Source: Candidatus Babelota bacterium
GTDB lineage: Bacteria > Babelota > Babeliae > Babelales > JABDEC01
Direction of reading: 5' to 3'
Length of the DNA stretch: 64,000 bases
Assembly (NCBI GenBank): GCA_013287265.1
Contig: JABDEC010000001.1
Span: 74,981-138,980, forward strand
A program made the translations under genes and the position numbers. The notes under the pieces are model-generated. The model was not told the DNA's origin, did no database searches, and saw nothing but the letters and a program-made list of their open reading frames with translations. Shown here piece after piece: positions 49,047 through 55,634 of this stretch. Position 1 is the stretch's first letter. Each line of letters opens with the position of its first letter.

Positions 49047-49367
49047 ATGAAAAAACTAATATTTTTATCAGCTTTATTTTGTTCAGTTCTTGCAAATGCC
49101 AGAGTAAGCTTTTTCTACGATGAACCTGTTTATTATGAAGAAGTTTATTATCCTGAAAGGGATTATTACGCAGAAGAAGTTATTTATGATGATTATGATT
49201 ATGTTGATTGTGATGATTACGACTATTGCGTTGACGTAACACCATTATATGTTGAAAGACCTGTAGTCAAAAGAATTCATTATTACAATAATCCAGTAAC
49301 AAATTTCTTTTCCGGATTATTTAGTTTCTGTTTAGGAACAGCAGTCGGTGCAGCAATTTCAAAATAG
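49047..49367 (+). CDS. Small secreted, highly acidic Tyr/Asp/Glu-rich protein with C-terminal TM
   Basis: Signal peptide, the tract YDEPVYYEEVYYPERDYYAEEVIYDDYDYVDCDDYDYC, then a TM segment. Shares an RPVVKR motif with the upstream gene. Confidence 0.5.
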   Translation: MKKLIFLSALFCSVLANARVSFFYDEPVYYEEVYYPERDYYAEEVIYDDYDYVDCDDYDYCVDVTPLYVERPVVKRIHYYNNPVTNFFSGLFSFCLGTAVGAAISK

Positions 49368-49386
49368 ATATAAAAGTGCAAATTTT

Positions 49387-49842
49387 ATGAAAAAGCCATT
49401 TTTATTAATTTTAAGTTTACTAATCTTTCAATCGTCATGTTCAAATATTATTTTAAACAAAATATTTGAAAATAAGCGATTGTTTGTAATTTCGTCAATT
49501 GCTGCTTTTATAACATATAAAACTATTCACAATATTTTAAAAAAGGGATATGAAGGGCAAATCGCAAAGGCAAATTTCAAGCCCGTTAAACCAAACAACA
49601 GAAGAGGAAGGAATAAAAGCGGAGCAAAGGCTTCAAAAAATGCCATAAGGCTAGTTAAGGGAAATTTACCTCTTAAAGCACCTAAGCTGAAACCTGATAC
49701 TAAACGTGTCAAAGATTTAAACAGAATTTTAACTAATTTTACAAATAAAGCTGCAAGAAATTATGCAATCTTGGCCACATTAGGTGCAACAACAGGAATT
49801 TGTTTATTGGTTTCTAAAATTTATAATTCAAAGAATGTATAG
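49387..49842 (+). CDS. Small SP+TM protein, family A member 1
   Basis: Start moved to ATG 49387 (MKKPFLLILSLLIF). The C-terminus GICLLVSKIYNSKNV is shared with the next gene. Confidence 0.55.
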   Translation: MKKPFLLILSLLIFQSSCSNIILNKIFENKRLFVISSIAAFITYKTIHNILKKGYEGQIAKANFKPVKPNNRRGRNKSGAKASKNAIRLVKGNLPLKAPKLKPDTKRVKDLNRILTNFTNKAARNYAILATLGATTGICLLVSKIYNSKNV

Positions 49843-49875
49843 AAATATTTATTAATTAAATGAAGGTTCAATTTT

Positions 49876-50274
49876 ATGAAAAAGTTTTTTTTATTGATTT
49901 TAAGTTTATTAATATCTCAAACTACGTATTCAAATACTATTTTAAACAAATTATTTGAAAATAAAGGTTTAATCGCCATCACAGGTGTAATTTCATCAAT
50001 AACTGCAATTATGACCCATAAAATATTTCATGATTATTATTTAACAAAATTAAACAATGCAAAATATTTTCCTAATGACAAAGGTAAAAAGAAAAAAAGA
50101 AAAGCAAACGAGGGTCCTAAGGAATTTCCATATCCTGCGCGGTCCAAAAATCTCGAAAATCTTGTGACAAATAACGCAGAAATTAATTCAAAAATCTATG
50201 CAACATTAAGCGCTCTGGGAGTTGCAGGAATTTGTTTATTAGTTTCAAAAATTTATAATTCAAAATCTGTTTAA
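49876..50274 (+). CDS. Small SP+TM protein, family A member 2
   Basis: MKKFFLLILSLLISQ...NKLFENKGL...GICLLVSKIYNSKSV. Clear paralogue of 49387-49842. Confidence 0.55.
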   Translation: MKKFFLLILSLLISQTTYSNTILNKLFENKGLIAITGVISSITAIMTHKIFHDYYLTKLNNAKYFPNDKGKKKKRKANEGPKEFPYPARSKNLENLVTNNAEINSKIYATLSALGVAGICLLVSKIYNSKSV

Positions 50275-50298
50275 ATACAAAGAAGAGGTTAATTAAAT

Positions 50299-50658
50299 AT
50301 GAAATTTACAAAATTATTGTTATCATTCTTGATTTTCAGTGCATCTTTTCAACAAACAAATGCGTTTGATTTGAAAAAAATTGCATCTGAAAATTATGGC
50401 AAAATTATTGGAACAATTTTACTAAATGCAGTCTTAACAAAATATTTTTATTACTATGATTTGGATAAAGAAGCAAAAAAAATAGCCATCGACAAACAAC
50501 ATATAGCATGTGTTTATGGAGTACCCGTCAACGTTTCAGATACTCAAATTAAATCAGAAATATGGCATAAAGTTCTTCCAATTAGTTTCTTAAAATCGTC
50601 AGTTTTAACATCAGCATTGCTATTTGCAGTTTATGCTGCTAAACAACATATTAAATGA
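50299..50658 (+). CDS. Small SP+TM protein, family B member 1
   Basis: Signal peptide, then FQQTNAFDLKKIASENYGKIIGTILLNAVLTKYFYYYDL, a variable loop, and IWHKVLPISFLKSS with a TM segment. Confidence 0.55.
   Translation: MKFTKLLLSFLIFSASFQQTNAFDLKKIASENYGKIIGTILLNAVLTKYFYYYDLDKEAKKIAIDKQHIACVYGVPVNVSDTQIKSEIWHKVLPISFLKSSVLTSALLFAVYAAKQHIK
50342..50462 (+). repeat. 121-nt block, copy 1 (identical to 50709-50829)
   Basis: Base-by-base comparison shows 121/121 identical. Confidence 0.9.
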
Positions 50659-50665
50659 GGTTAAT

Positions 50666-51040
50666 ATGAAATTTCCTAAATTAATTTTATCTTTACTAAT
50701 CTTAAATTCATCTTTTCAACAAACAAATGCGTTTGATTTGAAAAAAATTGCATCTGAAAATTATGGCAAAATTATTGGAACAATTTTACTAAATGCAGTC
50801 TTAACAAAATATTTTTATTACTATGATTTAAAAAAAGCAGTTGAAAGAAATTTATCACAAAATAAAGCAGGTTACATAAAAATGGACGGTGAAACTATTT
50901 TTTTAGAAAGAAATATTAATATGGCTAAATCAAAAATATGGCATAAAGTTCTTCCAGTCAGTTTTTTAAAATCTTCATTTTTAACGTCAGCATTATTATT
51001 GGCACATCATGTCGGTAAAAAAATTAACAGGAAATCATGA
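50666..51040 (+). CDS. Small SP+TM protein, family B member 2
   Basis: Start moved to ATG 50666 (a GAGG RBS at 50657-50660). The N-terminal core is identical to member 1, while the central region is unrelated. Confidence 0.55.
   Translation: MKFPKLILSLLILNSSFQQTNAFDLKKIASENYGKIIGTILLNAVLTKYFYYYDLKKAVERNLSQNKAGYIKMDGETIFLERNINMAKSKIWHKVLPVSFLKSSFLTSALLLAHHVGKKINRKS
50709..50829 (+). repeat. 121-nt block, copy 2
   Basis: Identical to 50342-50462. Confidence 0.9.
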
Positions 51041-51399
51041 AATTAAAATTATTGTTATTTTCAATTTTCCTAACTCAGATAACCCAGCAAATAAATTCAT
51101 TGGATTATTTAAAATCTGTGAATTTAAAAGAAGTTGCAAAAGAATATATCAGCACAATTAAAGGTAAAATACTTTCAAAGAAAAATTCTTTGTTACCTTT
51201 TTCTGCTGGTTTAATGGTTTATTATGGATATACAACGCCAAAAATGAGTAAGATCACTTCACATTCAGTGGACTCAAAAAAAATTGAAGAAAATGAAAAT
51301 AAAGCAATTTTTGAAGGTTTATGTTACGCAGGTGCAACAGCCGTTTGTGTTAGAACATTACTTTACATTATTAACAATTATTATTTTAAAAAAACATGA
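51037..51399 (+). CDS. Small SP+TM protein (array member)
   Basis: Signal peptide and a hydrophobic C-terminus. ATGA overlap with the upstream gene. Confidence 0.5.
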   Translation: MKLKLLLFSIFLTQITQQINSLDYLKSVNLKEVAKEYISTIKGKILSKKNSLLPFSAGLMVYYGYTTPKMSKITSHSVDSKKIEENENKAIFEGLCYAGATAVCVRTLLYIINNYYFKKT

Positions 51400-51797
51400 A
51401 ATATATAAAATTCTTATTACTTATTTTATTTTTACAAACAAATTTGCGCTTAAATTCTGCAGATTTTAAAAATTTTGCTTTAGGGCATTATGGCAGAATG
51501 AGTTTAAGTGCGTTAATCTCTTTTGGCTTAACAACTTATTTTTATAAAGATGGTCTTCAAAAAGGAATTAATCAAAAATGTATTGACGTGAAAAATATAA
51601 GAGAAAAACAAGGTGTCAGTAGTTCGCGTGGAGTCGGATATTCTGTTCTTAGTGATGACGATTTAAGAAATAGTACAAAATCCAAAATTTGGAAATCTGT
51701 TTTATTAACAAGTTTTGCAAAATCAATTTTACCTTCACTACTTCCATTTTTGCCGGTAATTATTAATAAATTAAAAAAAGGAATTTATGTTAAATAA
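51396..51797 (+). CDS. Small SP+TM protein, family B member 3 (divergent)
   Basis: HYGRMSLSALISFGLTTYFY and KSKIWKSVLLTSFAKS match the family B landmarks. Confidence 0.5.
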   Translation: MKYIKFLLLILFLQTNLRLNSADFKNFALGHYGRMSLSALISFGLTTYFYKDGLQKGINQKCIDVKNIREKQGVSSSRGVGYSVLSDDDLRNSTKSKIWKSVLLTSFAKSILPSLLPFLPVIINKLKKGIYVK

Positions 51798-52065
51798 AAA
51801 AATATTTTTATTATTTATTTTTTTGCAAATTCCTAATCATTTACATTCAATTACACCAATTCAAAAAAATGCTTTTAAAATGGTTGTCAGCATTGCAATT
51901 GGGTATGCCGTAATGTTCAAATTAAATAATTATCAATCATCAAAAATTGATTGGACAAAACAACCATCAAATATGACGATTGCTCGAGCTATAATATCTT
52001 CTTTAACTTTAGGTGTTTTAGCTAGTTATAGTTCAAAACAAATTCTAAACAAATTAATTAAATAA
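51787..52065 (+). CDS. Small SP+TM protein (array member)
   Basis: Signal peptide plus two hydrophobic segments. Confidence 0.5.
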   Translation: MLNKKIFLLFIFLQIPNHLHSITPIQKNAFKMVVSIAIGYAVMFKLNNYQSSKIDWTKQPSNMTIARAIISSLTLGVLASYSSKQILNKLIK

Positions 52066-52068
52066 CTC

Positions 52069-52409
52069 ATGAACAGATATTTAAAAATTTTGTTATTTTT
52101 TACGTTACTACAAACACAACAATCAAGTCAGGCAATAAATTATAAATATTTAAATGGCGCAATAAGTTTGGTATTCGCTTATTTAATTTATAAAGATAAA
52201 GAAGTAACGGGCTCAAAATTATACGGTGAAAATAGTATAACAATTTAAATGAACAAATTAGTAGTTTGGAAGCGGACCTAAAGGATAATCCAACCAAGAA
52301 AATATATTTCAGCTTATTTTTTTATAATCTTTTAAAAACTGTTCCATTTAGTTTAATTTTTTATAAAACATTAAATTATTTGATGGAAGCTGGATTAGAA
52401 AAAGTATAA
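52069..52409 (+). pseudogene. Probable frameshifted last member of the small SP+TM array
   Basis: A 59-aa ORF (MNRYLKILLFFTLLQTQQSSQA..., 52069-52248) stops at TAA. The -1 frame opens at 52236 and continues without a start codon to 52409, encoding a hydrophobic tail (KKIYFSLFFYNLLKTVPFSLIFY). No slippery heptamer is present. Confidence 0.4.
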
Positions 52410-52410
52410 T

Positions 52411-52698
52411 CTACCTTCTTGCGCAACAACAAATTTTCTTAAAAATTTCTCTCATTAAAAATTTTGAACCTAAACAGCAAAGAACAAAAAGTAGTTGGTA
52501 ATCTGCGCATCTTTTTTTACAATCATATTTTGGTTCCGATTTGTATTCCATTAATTTTTTCTTCTCATCATCAGATAAATGTGCTGTTTTTAAAATATCT
52601 GCATCATTATCATCTCCTTGACGTTGAGTTGACTGTCGGTCTAAAGATAAGGCAAATTTAAAATTAAAAATTAAAATTAAAAAAAATATTTTTTTCAT
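52411..52698 (-). CDS. Small secreted Cys-rich protein
   Basis: Start moved to ATG 52698 (signal peptide MKKIFFLILIFNFKFALS). The C-terminus is CCLGSKF...KKICCCARR. Confidence 0.45.
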   Translation of the reverse strand: MKKIFFLILIFNFKFALSLDRQSTQRQGDDNDADILKTAHLSDDEKKKLMEYKSEPKYDCKKRCADYQLLFVLCCLGSKFLMREIFKKICCCARR

Positions 52699-52708
52699 TA
52701 ATTTTCTT

Positions 52709-53623
52709 TCATTTTTTGTAATTCGGCACATTTGCTTTTAAAGTACATTGTCTTGGTCTTTTGTCAGTTCTTAATCTTTTAAATGAACTATGCCTAACTC
52801 TTAAATCTTTTGTAAATTCAAGAAATGCAATCTCTCCGACAAAATGTGGTTTTAGCCAGACAACATCTTTTTGTTTTATAATATCATGAGTAGGTTTTTT
52901 ATCTGTTTCAAATTTTTTAAATAAATTTAAAAGTTGATCAATTAGTTCATAAGAAAATCCTGTGCCAACATTACCAACATAATGAAGATTTCCATTTTCA
53001 TCGTACAACCCTAAAAGCAAAGATGAAAATTCTCTTTTTTCACTTAATTTGTAACCAATTATCACGCAATCAGCCGTATTTAAATTTTTAATTTTTAACC
53101 ATACTTTTGTTCTTAATCCGGGATAATATTTACTGTCAATTTGTTTGGCCATTACCCCTTCAAAATCTTTTTTTTGCATAATTTTCCATAACTTTTTACC
53201 ATCAGTAGTGTAAAAATTATTTTCAATTATTTTTCCATTTTTTAGTGTGGATTGTAAAATTTTTTTACGTTCAATTAATGGCAAATCAATAAGGCTTTTT
53301 CCATCTTTCATTAAAATATCAAAAACAATGTAATGAGATTGATTTATCCCTAGCAAAGAAATTCTTGGCGTCCCTTTTGAGTCAAAAGCAACAATTTCAC
53401 CATCTAAAATACAACTTTTAGCTTTTATATTTTTTCTAAAATCAGCCAAATCTGGAAATCTATCATTTAAAGACAAACTGTTTCTTGATAAGAACTTTAA
53501 TTCATGATTTACATACAATATCGCCCTAAAACCATCTAATTTTGGTTCAAAAATCCAACCGGATTGTTCCAATAAACTTTTATCGCCAATCAGAGCGTTC
53601 ATTGCTTTAATAATCTTCTTCAT
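52709..53623 (-). CDS. ATP-dependent DNA ligase (minimal adenylation + OB type)
   Basis: Ligase motifs I KLDGFR, III LDGEIV, IIIa FDIL, IV EGVMAK, V WLKIK and VI RHSSFKRLRTDK. Start taken at ATG 53623. Confidence 0.85.
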   Translation of the reverse strand: MKKIIKAMNALIGDKSLLEQSGWIFEPKLDGFRAILYVNHELKFLSRNSLSLNDRFPDLADFRKNIKAKSCILDGEIVAFDSKGTPRISLLGINQSHYIVFDILMKDGKSLIDLPLIERKKILQSTLKNGKIIENNFYTTDGKKLWKIMQKKDFEGVMAKQIDSKYYPGLRTKVWLKIKNLNTADCVIIGYKLSEKREFSSLLLGLYDENGNLHYVGNVGTGFSYELIDQLLNLFKKFETDKKPTHDIIKQKDVVWLKPHFVGEIAFLEFTKDLRVRHSSFKRLRTDKRPRQCTLKANVPNYKK

Positions 53624-53662
53624 AATAAAAATATTATGAAAAATTTCTTTGTTATTAAGCAA

Positions 53663-53699
53663 TAAAAATAGTGAGCAATTTTATTACCCACTATTTTTT
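53663..53699. terminator. Bidirectional terminator-like hairpin
   Basis: atagtg (53668-53673) pairs with cactat (53689-53694), flanked by an A-run and a T-run. Confidence 0.4.
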
Positions 53700-53723
53700 A
53701 GGAGTTATGTTAAAAAATTAATT

Positions 53724-53906
53724 TTATCTGGATCTACGTGGAGGAACTTTGTAACCACGGGCTCTAGCCTCAGAAATCCCGATCGCTATAGCTTGTTTTC
53801 TTGATTTCACAGTTTTATGTGATTTTCCTGATTTCAACTTACCTTGTGAATATTCGCGCATAGCCCTTTTAACCTTTTTTTGCGCCTTTTTACCATATTT
53901 AGCCAT
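53724..53906 (-). CDS. Small basic protein (DUF6496-like as I recall)
   Basis: MAKYGKKAQKKVKRAMREYSQGKLKSGKS...SRKQAIAIGISEARARG matches a widespread 60-aa family. The family name is from memory. Confidence 0.5.
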   Translation of the reverse strand: MAKYGKKAQKKVKRAMREYSQGKLKSGKSHKTVKSRKQAIAIGISEARARGYKVPPRRSR

Positions 53907-54063
53907 AATAACCTCCTTTTTTAAAATTTACTTAATTTCATATTATCAAAGAAAAGGGTTTAAATTCAATAGTTTTAACGTAATTTTAAAGCTTTTTTGG
54001 ACAAAAATTAAAAATCTATTAATTTTTAACCATAACTTCAGGTTTAAATGAAAATGGGAAATT

Positions 54064-54771
54064 ATGAAATACAGATTTTTTTTAACCTTATTTTTCTTTA
54101 GTTCAGCTTGCTATAGCAATGACAATTCCCTACCAAATGTTGAAATAATCAGGAAAGAAAAATTAGATAATGGACTTAATATATATTTTTTTGTAAATAT
54201 TGAACCTGGCAAATCAACTGATAAAAAAGACATAAAAGAAGTTATTTCAGAGACAATCTTAGGCGGAAAAAATCACCTGGCTTACCTTGGCAACTGGGCA
54301 CTCGAATATAAATTTGTTGTCCCGCTTTGCACATTTGTAGGTATTTATGGAATTACCTTTTATAAACTTTATAAATTAAACAAAACAATATTCACTAAAG
54401 ATTCCTGGTCAAATTGGAAATCAGAAATTCCTTTTGAAAAATTACTTTCAATACAGTCAAAAAATTTAGCTAATGATTTGCTAAGTGATATTCAAAAAAG
54501 ATATTTAAATCAAAGCCATCCGAACGATTTTATTACCCCAATGGTTTTATTCTCTACGGAAATTGAAAAAGATATTGCAAACTTAGAACTTTATTTAAAA
54601 ATTTTAAAAGCAATTAAATTTTTAAAATTAGTTAAAATTTTCCCGATAAAAGATGATAATGAAGCGCAGGAGAAATTAAACAAATTGATTTATTTAAAAA
54701 ATATATTTTCAAACTTTTCCGTTGAATTAAATAGACAAAGATTAATGAGTGAAGCAGTTGAAGTAAAATGA
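54064..54771 (+). CDS. Hypothetical secreted/membrane protein
   Basis: Signal peptide and one internal TM segment. Confidence 0.5.
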   Translation: MKYRFFLTLFFFSSACYSNDNSLPNVEIIRKEKLDNGLNIYFFVNIEPGKSTDKKDIKEVISETILGGKNHLAYLGNWALEYKFVVPLCTFVGIYGITFYKLYKLNKTIFTKDSWSNWKSEIPFEKLLSIQSKNLANDLLSDIQKRYLNQSHPNDFITPMVLFSTEIEKDIANLELYLKILKAIKFLKLVKIFPIKDDNEAQEKLNKLIYLKNIFSNFSVELNRQRLMSEAVEVK

Positions 54772-54782
54772 TTTTAAAATTT

Positions 54783-55634
54783 TTAATTCATTTTTGGTTC
54801 AGTTTTAATTTCAAAATCCGAAGTTTTAGAATCATAAGTTATTATTATTTTATCAAAATCATAAAATTTTTCATTTTTTGCATTATATTCATATTCATTT
54901 TGCCATCTGAAAAATTTTAGAAATGATTTTTTTGAAACTTTTAAATTTGGAAATTTATTATTAGGATCTATTAAGATAATAAATGGAGAAGGTGAAGCTA
55001 AAATATCTAAATCAAAAAATTTAAAAACCCATTGGTTATATTCATCACTGATTAGATCTTCATAAAATCTACTGCATAACATTAATGCTAATTCGTCTGC
55101 CATATAATCCAATAAAATTAATTCATTTTTATTAGAATTTATGCATCCGATAGAATTATTTTGATTAATTTTTAATCTATAATTAGTATAATAAAATTTA
55201 TTTTTGTTTTCTTCTATAATTTTATTTTTCAAAACTTCATTAATTTCAAAATTCACAGTTAATTTGAATTCATTGCCATCAAACAAAATAATTAATTGTT
55301 CAAATTTTATTTCTCGAATTTGTTTTAATTCATCGATAAGTTTCCATAATGAAGCTGGTTTAACTTCAAGCTGATTTTCATACGATTCTTCATTTTTTTT
55401 AAAAATATAAATTATTGTTCCAAATTTAACTTTTATAAAAGTATCTTCAATGGATTTAATAATTTTACCAGATCTCTCATGATGTATTAATTGTTCATCA
55501 AAGATTATATGAGGTTCTATTTCAGATTTTAAATTAATATTTTTTAACAAAAGATCATAAAGATATTTTAAGCCATTCTGATTAGAAAGGACTTCTTGAC
55601 GCCCTTTTGAATTATTTGCGATTAAATAAAACAT
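54783..55634 (-). CDS. Cytoplasmic protein translationally coupled to the upstream toxin-like gene (candidate immunity protein)
   Basis: ATG 55632-55634 shares one base with the upstream TAA (TAATG). No signal peptide (MFYLIANNSKGRQEV...). No known domain recognised. Confidence 0.45.
   Translation of the reverse strand: MFYLIANNSKGRQEVLSNQNGLKYLYDLLLKNINLKSEIEPHIIFDEQLIHHERSGKIIKSIEDTFIKVKFGTIIYIFKKNEESYENQLEVKPASLWKLIDELKQIREIKFEQLIILFDGNEFKLTVNFEINEVLKNKIIEENKNKFYYTNYRLKINQNNSIGCINSNKNELILLDYMADELALMLCSRFYEDLISDEYNQWVFKFFDLDILASPSPFIILIDPNNKFPNLKVSKKSFLKFFRWQNEYEYNAKNEKFYDFDKIIITYDSKTSDFEIKTEPKMN

Noticed and set aside
49527-52661. ORFs 49527-49712, 51284-51469, 52100-52297 and 52464-52661
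   Set aside because: They are antisense or alternative-frame ORFs within the small-protein array or the 52411 gene. ORF 52100-52297 lies opposite the frameshifted array member, which explains the region better.
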